Of a stretch of DNA of 64,000 nucleotides, positions 1-8,910 are shown in pieces (position 1 is the stretch's first letter; each line of letters begins with the position of its first letter). The DNA is from an uncultured bacterium (GTDB lineage: Bacteria; Patescibacteriota; Minisyncoccia; Phycocordibacterales; CAIZLB01): contig CAIZVZ010000001.1 in assembly GCA_903936565.1 (NCBI GenBank), positions 159,905 to 223,904 on the forward strand, in the 5' to 3' direction. A program made the position numbers and the translations under genes. Under the pieces are notes generated by a model. It made no database searches. It saw only the letters and a list, made by a program, of their open reading frames with translations, and was not told the DNA's origin.

Positions 1-903
1 CATAACCACCAGCGATTATAAATGGCATAGAAGCTTCTGTTCCAGTCTTCTCTTTAAATCTTTTAACTAGGTCTTTTGAATCACTTTCAAGCACGGGAAC
101 AACCACTGTTCTCATCCCCGCAAGGTGTGGGGATTTCAAAACATCCTCACTATTGTGATATGCGGTATATATTTGAGTTTCAATACCTGACTCTCTTAAT
201 TGCTTTGCTAGAACCAATAGAGTTCCAGGAGTTTGTGTATTAATGATTAAAGCATCAGCTTTGATGTCTCTAACTTTTGCCACAACACTTTTAAAGTCAG
301 TCTGGTCTTCTGTAAATTTCTCATACATTGCCACATTTCCAAATTCTTTTATAAACACATCACTAATTCCAAGCGCATAGGTTGTATTTGCAGAAAGCAC
401 AGCAACTGTCTTTGGACTATATTTCTTTACCATATCAGCCATTACCTTTCCTCCATAAGAATCTACTGGCCAAATTTGAAATACATAATTACTCTTTGTG
501 GCTATTTCTGGATTTGATCCAGCTGTGATAACAGGAATTTTATTCTGATTAACCAAGTCAATCATTGCCATAGTCTCTCCACTACACATTCCTCCAATAA
601 TCGCATCGACTTTATCCACGTTCATTAATTTTTGAGCAGCGCTCACTGCCGTTTTTGAATCACATCCACCATCCTCATATATTACTTGAAACTTCTTTCC
701 ATCCCTTTCTCCATCTTTAAGAAGGTCACTGTAGGCAAACTGAACACCAGCCTTGTACAAATCACCGTACGACGCAGCACCTCCAGTTAGGGGTCCGATA
801 AAGCCGATTTTTATCACCCCGTCGTCCTTCTTTCCACCTACACTGATAATAATCAAAATTACGATAATTACCGCCAGAATCGTGGTTATAATCTTTTTAT
901 TCA
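1..903 (-). CDS. ABC transporter substrate-binding protein, LivK/type-1 periplasmic binding protein family (3' end runs off the window)
   Basis: Minus-strand ORF from ATG at 903 to the window edge. Translation MNKKIITTILAVIIVILIII... has a signal/anchor followed by a Leu/Ile/Val-binding-protein-like fold similar to the two paralogs at 1810-2925 and 4813-5949. Confidence 0.65.
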
Positions 904-981
904 TGCCCCCATTCTACCCCTTGCGGTGTAGGCGAGTCAACAGACATTTGGGGGCGAATTTTAATTTTAAAACACTTTTAT

Positions 982-1015
982 ACAAAAAGACCCGCCACCC
1001 CGTGAAGGGTGGCGG
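982..1015 (-). terminator. Rho-independent terminator downstream of the NYN-domain gene
   Basis: Perfect 9-bp stem ccgccaccc/gggtggcgg with a 6-nt loop, followed on the minus strand by a U-run (plus-strand A-run at 982-990). Confidence 0.45.
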
Positions 1016-1087
1016 TAAGATCTAATACGTAATATATTATTCCTTTTTTATTTTTTGTCAAGCGTTTTTTGTATTTATTTAATAACA

Positions 1088-1632
1088 CTAGAATCTTTCA
1101 ATTTTACCCTTAATTTCATTTATTAATTTGTAATTACAACGAGGATGATTGATGGTAAAAGTCTTCAATTCCCAAGCTAACAAATCTTTAAAAGAAAATA
1201 TTCTTATATATTTTCCAGATTTCCAATAATATTCAACTACCGATAAATAATCACTGTCGCCTGTAAACAATATAATACAGTCAATATCGTCCTCATGTTT
1301 TCTTAAATCAATAGTAAGCTCAATATCCATATCACACTTAACGATACCGCAAGCCATATGCTTAAGGTCCTTTCTTATAACCTTATATCCAAAAGTTTCT
1401 AAATTATAATGAAATTTCTTCTGTTCTTTTGCGCTTTTTATATACTTTTCACCTTTTGGACTATTATCTTCGCAACCATAATAATTAAACAATATTGGTG
1501 CAAAATATTTATTAAGGTATTCTTTTAGCTTTTTGAAGTCTATTTTTTTCCCGACGCCTTACTTCCCCAAAGCATATTTGAGCCATCAATAAATACACCA
1601 ACTCTCAAATCTTTAATTTTAGGACTTGTCAT
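1088..1632 (-). pseudogene. NYN/LabA-like (PIN-fold) nuclease-domain protein, split by a 1-nt frameshift at an A7 homopolymer (coding strand)
   Basis: The N-terminal 30 codons MTSPKIKDLRVGVFIDGSNMLWGSKASGKK* start at ATG 1632 and carry the canonical NYN start motif VFIDGSN. The -1 frame continues as GKKIDFKKLKEYLNKYFAPILFNYYGCED... into the 134-aa ORF 1088-1492. One extra A in the T7 run at plus 1543-1549 would fuse the two parts. Confidence 0.5.
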
Positions 1633-1809
1633 CAGCTTAATAATTACATGAAAATGCTCATTTACAAATTATTATGAGGTCTGTTTATGGCCATCAAATA
1701 TAAAGTTTTTATTATAAAATAAGTGTGAAATGTGGATAAAGCTTAAAAACAAAAAACGAGCACTTTCATGCCCGTTTTTTGTTTTCAGTCAATCTATTCT
1801 TTGGAATTA

Positions 1810-2925
1810 TTATTCCCCTATTGTCACAGGCTTACCATCCTTAATCATTCTAACTACAGCACCTGAGATCAATTGTCCATTTGAATCAAACTTCAATCCC
1901 TTTCCTAGCGCTCCATCAAAACTCTTGATACCAGTAAGACCTTCTTTAATTTGATCTTTGGTTGGAACCATCTTTCCATCGCCAACACCCTCAACTGCTT
2001 TTGCTATCAAATTAAATCCATCGTATGCGTTACCTGCACCAAACTTTGGAGATTCATTGTATCTTGCTTTATAAGAATCAATAAACCAATTTTGTGCGTC
2101 TGCCGAATTGATATACCATGAACCATTGAATGGTGTTAAATCATCGGCAAATTCAAATGTTTCGACAGAGGTTACAGGCTCCTTCACACCCATTTCACGC
2201 AATTGCTTGTACACAGTTTCGATTTCTGGACTTGATGATTGCAGAACATAGATATCTGGGTGCATATCCTTAACCTCTGAAATTAGAGTTCTAAAGTCTC
2301 TTGTGCCTGCGCTAAACTTCTGATTTGCAAGAACCTTAATATCAGTTCCCTCAATCTCCTTTTCGAATGCCTTCATAATGGCAGTTGCACCAGCGTTTCC
2401 TTGTATCTCAAAGAAAACTAATTTCTTAATTCCCTTCTTATTTAATTCTTTAACGAATAGTTTCGCATCAATATAAGGGGGTGTATAGTGCAAGAAGTTG
2501 TAATCTCCATTTGCAACGTTTGAGTCAGATGCAAAGAAATTTACATGGGGTATTTTTTGAGATTCTGCAATTGGACTTACAGCATTTCCAACTGGAGATC
2601 CGAATGAGAACAGCGCGTCAACCTTGTCTACACTTATTAATTTATTAACATTCGTAGCAGCTACGGTCGGACTGAATTTATCATCTTCAAATATAACTTT
2701 GTAATTATATTTTGTATTTTCCTTGTTCAATTTCTCCATAGCAAGCTCAATTGCCTTTTGACTACTTTGTCCAAGAACTGCAACGGGACCAGTTAATGGA
2801 AGTGTTGCACCAATTAATATTGTTGGCTTTTCACCCACAATCTTATTATTGAATGTTCCTGAAGTTGCAAGGATTGCAAGGATTGCTATAACAATCACAC
2901 CCAATATAATAATTTTCTTTTTCAT
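1810..2925 (-). CDS. ABC transporter substrate-binding protein, LivK/LivJ family (branched-chain amino acid type PBP)
   Basis: 371-aa ORF with an N-terminal signal/anchor (MKKKIIILGVIVIAILAILA) and a type-1 PBP fold. It is divergent from the TrmB-like regulator at 3118. Confidence 0.75.
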   Translation of the reverse strand: MKKKIIILGVIVIAILAILATSGTFNNKIVGEKPTILIGATLPLTGPVAVLGQSSQKAIELAMEKLNKENTKYNYKVIFEDDKFSPTVAATNVNKLISVDKVDALFSFGSPVGNAVSPIAESQKIPHVNFFASDSNVANGDYNFLHYTPPYIDAKLFVKELNKKGIKKLVFFEIQGNAGATAIMKAFEKEIEGTDIKVLANQKFSAGTRDFRTLISEVKDMHPDIYVLQSSSPEIETVYKQLREMGVKEPVTSVETFEFADDLTPFNGSWYINSADAQNWFIDSYKARYNESPKFGAGNAYDGFNLIAKAVEGVGDGKMVPTKDQIKEGLTGIKSFDGALGKGLKFDSNGQLISGAVVRMIKDGKPVTIGE

Positions 2926-3083
2926 GTTTTAGTAAGTAATTTAATTTATAAATAACCCCCTTGAGTTATGTTAAGATTATGACACGTATATTAGTTTTGT
3001 GTAATCGCATTATCAACAGCCCTGTTAATTATCTATATTAATGGCCCCATTTTAGACCACAGTATATTTTTGTTCGTAAAAAT

Positions 3084-3112
3084 TGACAGAAATTAGCCAT
3101 CTTGCGATAATA
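3084..3112 (+). promoter_or_regulatory. Sigma70-like promoter (TTGACA-16/17-GATAAT) ending about 6 nt before the ATG, giving a leaderless or near-leaderless TrmB-like mRNA
   Basis: TTGACA at 3084-3089 and GATAAT at 3106-3111, with ATG at 3118. Confidence 0.5.
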
Positions 3113-3117
3113 CAATC

Positions 3118-3927
3118 ATGTTAGAAATAGACCAATTACAATCTCGCCTGGAAAAGACCGGGCTGACAGATAAAGAATCCATCGTCTACTCTGCCCTACT
3201 GGAGACTGGTGGCGCATATCCATCCAAGATTGCAGAGGAAACTAAGCTAAACAGAAGCACAGTTTACAAAATACTCCTAGACCTCTCTGTTAAGGGACTG
3301 ATAAGTGAAATTCAAAAGAAGGGGAAATTATTTTATCAAGTAGAAAATCCAGAGAAACTCACCAGATATCTTAAGGACAAAGTAACTATCGCCAATGATC
3401 ACTTGGAAAAGGCGAATAAATTGATTCCTGAAATTGAGGGGCTGTACAGTCTTTTTGCAGATAAACCAAAGATTTCATATTTTGAAGGACAAGAAAATGT
3501 TATGCAAATTTATGCAGACCATTTGAATGTTAAAAAGCCATATGAAATGCTTGCTTGGGCGAATACTACATATTTAAGCGATTTATTAAAATCTGACTTC
3601 TTTCTTAACTACAGGAAAACCAAAGAAAAGCTTGGCGTGACAACTAGGGGTATTATTCCAGACACAGAATACGATGTTGATTTTGTTAATAATACATATA
3701 CAAAAATTGGTATTGCAGAAAAATACTGGCCAGTCATGAAATATATTTCACAGAAAGATTTTTCATTTGAGGGCGAGATAACGATTTACGGGGACGATAA
3801 AGTTTCTATTGTTAATCTAAATAAAAACCACTTCACAGGAACAATAATACAAGACAAAACCATTCACAATATGATGCGGATGATTTTTGAACTGTCGTGG
3901 AAGGGTGCGGATTCTTATGATAAATAG
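3118..3927 (+). CDS. TrmB-family transcriptional regulator (N-terminal wHTH)
   Basis: N-terminus LTDKESIVYSALLETGGAYPSKIAEETKLNRSTVYKILLDLSVKGLI matches the TrmB HTH. It has a C-terminal effector-binding-like domain and is paralogous to 6012-6785. Confidence 0.65.
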   Translation: MLEIDQLQSRLEKTGLTDKESIVYSALLETGGAYPSKIAEETKLNRSTVYKILLDLSVKGLISEIQKKGKLFYQVENPEKLTRYLKDKVTIANDHLEKANKLIPEIEGLYSLFADKPKISYFEGQENVMQIYADHLNVKKPYEMLAWANTTYLSDLLKSDFFLNYRKTKEKLGVTTRGIIPDTEYDVDFVNNTYTKIGIAEKYWPVMKYISQKDFSFEGEITIYGDDKVSIVNLNKNHFTGTIIQDKTIHNMMRMIFELSWKGADSYDK

Positions 3928-4056
3928 TATACAAAATATTGCATAAATTTATATACCTATATTGACAATACCATTTAAGTATATTATAGTAATATTCAGC
4001 TCTTTCCAGTCACGGACAGACGCTCACCAACTACACACCCCAGAAACACAGAAATC

Positions 4057-4707
4057 GTGAAAAACAACATCGCGTCAGCAGTCATCGCCGCAACCACACT
4101 GACACAAGCCCAATTCGCCGCCGGCGCCACCACAAGCTTTTTCTACAAAGCAGGGTCAGCCGGAAGCTACATTGCCCAGGGATCAGCGGGTTATATATCA
4201 AACGGACAAGGAGGTTGGGTTTTATCCACACCCCTTGACCAACCATATGATAGCTCCATCTTTATAAGGATGGTCGAAGGTAATTACAACCAATACTGGT
4301 TTATTCACCTTGACGGTCCTGCGGGTCAGACCCTTACCGCTGGAGTCTATCAGGCTAACCGCTGGCCATTTCAAAGCGCAAGCAAGGCGGGTTTTGACTG
4401 CGCTAGCAGTGGTCGCGGACTTAACATGTCAACCACCTACCTGGAGATCATTGACTTCCAACAGGACCCGATCACCAAGATTGTGAAAACGTTAGTGTTC
4501 AACGCCCTTCAGTTTGAGGAAGTTGAGAGCAACACGAGTCTGAACCTCGACACAAACCGCTATGCATTCCTATCCTACAGCTTTGGCTCGGATGCTAAGA
4601 TCAACGTGTCACCGTCCGCGGCTTTACTGGCCATGACTGTGCCGGAGCCATCAGGGTGGCTACTTGCGGGACTCGGCGCATGCCTCATCATCAAACGTCG
4701 GCGGTAA
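4057..4707 (+). CDS. PEP-CTERM sorting-domain secreted protein
   Basis: GTG start and a signal-like N-terminus. The C-terminus VPEPSGWLLAGLGACLIIKRRR is a textbook PEP motif followed by a TM helix and an Arg cluster. It lies in a locally GC-rich stretch. Confidence 0.6.
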   Translation: MKNNIASAVIAATTLTQAQFAAGATTSFFYKAGSAGSYIAQGSAGYISNGQGGWVLSTPLDQPYDSSIFIRMVEGNYNQYWFIHLDGPAGQTLTAGVYQANRWPFQSASKAGFDCASSGRGLNMSTTYLEIIDFQQDPITKIVKTLVFNALQFEEVESNTSLNLDTNRYAFLSYSFGSDAKINVSPSAALLAMTVPEPSGWLLAGLGACLIIKRRR

Positions 4708-4746
4708 AACGCTAGACAACAAGTTACTCTTTCCAAGCAAAGAGAT

Positions 4747-4793
4747 GACCCCGAAGACGCAAGTCAACGGGGTCAAACTTTTGGTTATTTTTT
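4747..4793 (+). terminator. Rho-independent terminator after the PEP-CTERM gene
   Basis: Stem gaccccg/cggggtc followed by a T-rich run ttttggttatttttt. Confidence 0.45.
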
Positions 4794-4812
4794 AATTTCA
4801 ATCTCCATAAAA

Positions 4813-5949
4813 CTACCTCACTTCCTTAACTACCTCCATCTCCCCACCCTTAATCTTATAAATATTTATTGGCGTATCTTTTGCTGAATGTTTTGCAGTA
4901 AAGGATGTCTCTCCGTTTACAGTCTTGAATGTATTACTCTCTATATACTTTGGTATTTCTTCAACAGTTTTTGATTTTGCAATTGATTCCGCAAGAATAT
5001 AAATTGCATCATAACTCTTGTTAGCTCCCCTTCTTGGCTTTTCTCCATATTTTTTCTCAAATCTTTTTACAAACTCATCTGAAGGGACTTCCCAATCAAT
5101 CATTATTGCACCTTCTAACTTACGCTTATCTACCTTTTGATTATTGAACACATCCCTCATTGTAGTATAGGCAATTAATTGCGGTTTGAAATTTAGTCCC
5201 TCTGCAACGTCGAGATATTTTACAATATCAAAATCTAACATATCCAAGAAAACTGCCGCCGGTTTCTTATCAACCAACTTGAGAATATTTGTTCTAAAAT
5301 CACTCGATCCAATAGCCGTATAAGATTCAACATTAAAAGTACCTTTATCTTTCATGATGTTGGCAAGCGTATGTTCAATCGACTCACCAAAACCAGACTT
5401 ATACCTAATCATCGCAAGATTGCTAATTTTGTTATCTGCAATTACAGAGTCTAATTGAGAAATAACCTGATTGAAGTTAGGATATAAGACAAAGCTATAA
5501 TCATTTCCTTCAAACACTCCGTCTATTTGGAAATTCACAGGAGATATGAAAACCTTCTTATCCTTTTGTGCTAGAGCAAAAATTGGCTGTGCAGTAAAAT
5601 CAAAAATACCACCAATTACAGCATCAGCATTTTGAATTCCTACAAGTTTCTGATATGCGGAAACTGACCCTTGCGGTGTTGTTTGATCATCCTCAATATA
5701 GAGCTCCACAGGTCTACCTTCTATACCACCATTTTGATTTATTTCTTCAACCGCCAAATCCATCGCCTTTTTGGACATATCTCCAAAATCAGCCGCAACT
5801 CCAGTTAGAGAAATCATGGCTCCAATTTTTATAGGCTTATTATCACTAGACAGATTACCACCCTGCTTATTTGCACTAATCACAAATACCAGACCAGCAA
5901 TCACAGCTATAGTTATTGCCAAATACATTATTTTTTTCATGATGGACAA
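4813..5949 (-). CDS. ABC transporter substrate-binding protein, LivK/type-1 PBP family
   Basis: 378 aa with an N-terminal anchor, a type-1 PBP fold and a motif (DAVIGGIFDF) shared with the paralogs. Divergent from the second TrmB-like gene. Confidence 0.75.
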   Translation of the reverse strand: MSIMKKIMYLAITIAVIAGLVFVISANKQGGNLSSDNKPIKIGAMISLTGVAADFGDMSKKAMDLAVEEINQNGGIEGRPVELYIEDDQTTPQGSVSAYQKLVGIQNADAVIGGIFDFTAQPIFALAQKDKKVFISPVNFQIDGVFEGNDYSFVLYPNFNQVISQLDSVIADNKISNLAMIRYKSGFGESIEHTLANIMKDKGTFNVESYTAIGSSDFRTNILKLVDKKPAAVFLDMLDFDIVKYLDVAEGLNFKPQLIAYTTMRDVFNNQKVDKRKLEGAIMIDWEVPSDEFVKRFEKKYGEKPRRGANKSYDAIYILAESIAKSKTVEEIPKYIESNTFKTVNGETSFTAKHSAKDTPINIYKIKGGEMEVVKEVR

Positions 5950-6011
5950 TATTGTATATTATGTGTTATTATTGTTAAATAGTTCGGCGAATTACGAATA
6001 ACAACTAAAAT

Positions 6012-6785
6012 ATGACCCAAAAAACAACGACCGAGAATCTATTCAAAACACTACAAATTAAGCCTAATGCTCAGCTTGTTTTGGACTACCTAATTAAGCA
6101 TGGACTGTCCCCTGTTAAAGACATTGCTCATTCTTTGAATATGCCTAAATCAACAGTCTACGATTCCCTAGACGAGTTAGTCACCCAAAGTTTAGTCATA
6201 GAATACTCTGAAGAAAGAGGGCGGGTTTTTGGTATTGCAGACAAAGAACAGATTGCCAAAATTAGCGAACAGAAGATCAATGAACTCAGAGACAATCAAA
6301 GTAAATTAATTGAGTATATAAAAAATACAGAACGTGAAGACCCCTCCTCAAAACCAAAGATAAAATTTTATTTTGGTAAAGAAGGAATTAAACAAGCTTT
6401 TAGAGATACAATGTGGAATGAGAAATGTAAACAAACTTATCTAATGTGGTCCACAAAGTATATGTTAGACATGCTTGGACCAGAGTTTAGCGAATGGCAT
6501 AGTTCAATGCGCCTACGATACAAGATTGTATTAAATGTAATTAGAAAAAAGGAAGATAAAAAACTTGATAAGACCGAGGGTCTTAAAGAGGGTTGGAATA
6601 GTTTTAGAAATATTAGACAGGCTCCCAAAAATATTGATTGGAACATGAGCTATTGGATCTACGACAATAGGGTTTTATTTTCTGGCGGAGGAAGCGACAA
6701 ATTCGCTTTTATCGTGCACGACAAAGAATTTGCAAATCTAATGATAACTTTATGGAAGCAAGTATGGGAAATTAGTGAGAAATAA
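6012..6785 (+). CDS. TrmB-family transcriptional regulator (paralog of 3118-3927)
   Basis: N-terminus NAQLVLDYLIKHGLSPVKDIAHSLNMPKSTVYDSLDELVTQSLV is a wHTH of the TrmB type. The divergent arrangement with an SBP is the same as at 1810/3118. Confidence 0.6.
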   Translation: MTQKTTTENLFKTLQIKPNAQLVLDYLIKHGLSPVKDIAHSLNMPKSTVYDSLDELVTQSLVIEYSEERGRVFGIADKEQIAKISEQKINELRDNQSKLIEYIKNTEREDPSSKPKIKFYFGKEGIKQAFRDTMWNEKCKQTYLMWSTKYMLDMLGPEFSEWHSSMRLRYKIVLNVIRKKEDKKLDKTEGLKEGWNSFRNIRQAPKNIDWNMSYWIYDNRVLFSGGGSDKFAFIVHDKEFANLMITLWKQVWEISEK

Positions 6786-6819
6786 GGCCTATACCCGATA
6801 TGACTAATACAAGGCAAGC

Positions 6820-7686
6820 CTACAGCTTATACTCCCCCATGAATCCTTGTGGTCTATACATCATCAAGAACAATAGGAGTAAGCCATAAACAACCTGCCT
6901 CATTTGTGCGGCAACGTCTGTTGGAAAGCCAACGAAGCGCAGTGCTTCGGGTAGTAGCATCAAGAACACTGTTCCCCAGAACACTCCCTTGTTGCTAGCA
7001 AGCCCTCCTAATATTACAATCGATAAAATAAAGATTGATTCATTCAATGAAAAACTTGATGGATCAATGAATGTAATGTAAGAAGCAAAGAGCGCGCCAG
7101 CAATAGCTGCCATTCCTGCGGCCAACACAAAGACAATCATTTTATATATTTTTGTATTATATCCAAAGACAGAGATTGCTTGCTCATCTTCTCTAATTGC
7201 TTTTATTACCCTACCAAAGCTTGAACCAACAACATATTGTGACAACAGATATACAAGAAGTGCGAGAACGGCAGAGAGAATCAAAAAATGTAAATTTGAT
7301 TTAAAAATAAAATCAAATATTTGTGGGCGTCCGATTCCTGGAATTCCGAGAGGTCCTCTTGTTAGACTTTGCCAGTTCAGCATTATACTGAATGCAATAA
7401 TATTAAAACCAAAGGATGCTAGTGCATAATAATCCCCTTTAAATTTGCCGAGAATCGCTCCAAGGACAAGGGAGACAATCATTGCGATTATCGCTCCAAC
7501 AATCATCGCAAAGAAAAAGTTCCAACCATATGAAGTCATGAGTATTGCCGTGCCATATGCCCCTACCCCAAAGAACGTGGCGTGTGTAATTGAAAGCAGC
7601 CCCGTGTATCCCACTACAAGGTTGAGACTGATTCCAAGTATTGACCAAATTGAAATTAAAACCAAAAGGTGAATTATATATTCCAT
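6820..7686 (-). CDS. Branched-chain amino acid ABC transporter permease (LivM-like)
   Basis: 288-aa polytopic membrane protein with a LivM/LivH-type permease signature. No second permease or ATPase gene is adjacent. Confidence 0.7.
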   Translation of the reverse strand: MEYIIHLLVLISIWSILGISLNLVVGYTGLLSITHATFFGVGAYGTAILMTSYGWNFFFAMIVGAIIAMIVSLVLGAILGKFKGDYYALASFGFNIIAFSIMLNWQSLTRGPLGIPGIGRPQIFDFIFKSNLHFLILSAVLALLVYLLSQYVVGSSFGRVIKAIREDEQAISVFGYNTKIYKMIVFVLAAGMAAIAGALFASYITFIDPSSFSLNESIFILSIVILGGLASNKGVFWGTVFLMLLPEALRFVGFPTDVAAQMRQVVYGLLLLFLMMYRPQGFMGEYKL

Positions 7687-7700
7687 ACTTAAATAATATC

Positions 7701-7744
7701 AAAAAAGAAGAGGGGTGGCGAGTATTTCTCTCTCGCTCACCCCT
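7701..7744 (-). terminator. Rho-independent terminator of the 7832-8194 gene
   Basis: 13-bp near-perfect stem gaggggtggcgag/ctcgctcacccct with a 9-nt loop, followed on the minus strand by a U6 run. Confidence 0.6.
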
Positions 7745-7831
7745 ACTTTGGGTTCAAAGAAGGATAGTTTGATGTCTTAACAGCCTTGTCGACATAGGTC
7801 CGAACTTGAATAATCAATTCCTTACATGTCA

Positions 7832-8194
7832 TCAGATGTCATCTTCATGACCAGTAAGGACGAAGGATTCCTCGTATTCGCGTTGACGTATTTCAAGATC
7901 ACGTCTCCACTGTCTTTTGATGCACCTTGTTTTCTGACGCAATATGGCCATCTCAACTTCCATTCTCTCCTCTTGAACCAGTTGTTTCTTTAGTGCTTTT
8001 GCTTTAACTGCCCTTGCGGACAGCTCCTGTCCAATTGCTTTTCTGAGGGTTATGTCCCCTCCAGCAACAGTGCGAATGGCATCTCCAACCGTCATATCGA
8101 CGACTGTATTTGCCAACTCCATCACCCTCGCAGCCAAAACTGCAATAGGTGGATTGTTTGGTTCTGGTGGCATTTCATATTCCTCCGTTTCCAA
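7832..8194 (-). CDS. Hypothetical protein (GC-rich, charged C-terminal helix)
   Basis: 120-aa ORF with GC-rich codon usage unlike its neighbours. It has its own strong terminator and I recognise no domain. Confidence 0.35.
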   Translation of the reverse strand: METEEYEMPPEPNNPPIAVLAARVMELANTVVDMTVGDAIRTVAGGDITLRKAIGQELSARAVKAKALKKQLVQEERMEVEMAILRQKTRCIKRQWRRDLEIRQREYEESFVLTGHEDDI

Positions 8195-8312
8195 TATAAA
8201 TTATAACATAAAAAAAGCCGGCACCCAGATTGGGGCCGACGGCGGAAGGTAAAGTTTTATTACCTTGTGGTGAAAGTGGGCGTGGAAGCCTCTGTGGGAC
8301 TACCCGAGCGTT

Positions 8313-8338
8313 GGGAGGAAGTTCTCCTCCGTTTTTTT
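8313..8338 (+). terminator. Plus-strand intrinsic terminator with no upstream CDS (possible 3' end of a small RNA)
   Basis: Stem ggagga/tcctcc with loop agttc, followed by T7. No plus-strand ORF lies upstream in the 8195-8312 gap. Confidence 0.4.
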
Positions 8339-8910
8339 CAAGAGAAATAAGTGATTCTCTAGTGTAATTTACATCACAGCAACACGCGCCTGCCAGGGGC
8401 GCACAACCGTGGATATCAATTACATATCTCTAGGTCCAATTGTGTTTCAACGGATCGCACCCGCGAAGATTACGCGAATCCATCTAAGACAATTTCATAC
8501 AGAAGTGAAAACCAGCGGCCCCCACCCTAAGCACAAAGAACTTCCACGCCCGCAGAAAATATACCACACACCGCAAAAACTTTCAATTAGGAATAACCCC
8601 ACAAGTGTGTCATAGAACACAATTTGTCTTGACACATGTCAAGAGTAGGAACATACTTATTAAGTCGCAAGGATGTCTCATTACGAATACATACTAGAGC
8701 TTGGAATTTTCATTTAAAAATCGACTGCGGTAACTTCTCCCCTCCCGCATTGAAAAGCTCTCTATTAATGTATTCAATTAAAGTTTAATCACAAAGGGTC
8801 ACAAGCCTAACGTTTTTAACTTTTCTAGATGTTTTTACTTCTTAATAATATTAGATAAATAGCAGCAAATCTACATTAGTAGAAATGTACGCTAAATAAT
8901 AAATAAAATT

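Noticed and set aside
753-1025. 90-aa plus-strand ORF at the window start
   Set aside because: It lies antisense to, and inside, the LivK-like SBP gene (1-903, minus strand). The low-complexity translation is a shadow ORF.
1730-1954. 74-aa plus-strand ORF
   Set aside because: It overlaps the 3' end of the minus-strand SBP gene 1810-2925 and its terminator. No start context; a shadow ORF.
7439-7702. 87-aa and 75-aa ORFs overlapping the LivM permease gene
   Set aside because: Both lie inside or antisense to a well-supported membrane permease ORF. Their composition is driven by the opposite-strand codons.
8052-8615. 66-aa and 68-aa plus-strand ORFs in the GC-rich gap
   Set aside because: The first is antisense to gene 7832-8194. 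The second has a nonsense-like Pro/His/Lys-rich translation and no promoter or RBS. I treat the region as non-coding, possibly ncRNA.
8195-8910. tmRNA, RNase P RNA, or a group II intron domain V in the long gap
   Set aside because: No tRNA-like 3' end (GGTTCGAxTCC...CCA), no AAGTCCGG-type P4 motif and no GTACGG/CCGTAT domain-V signature were visible. An unclassified sRNA is still possible.
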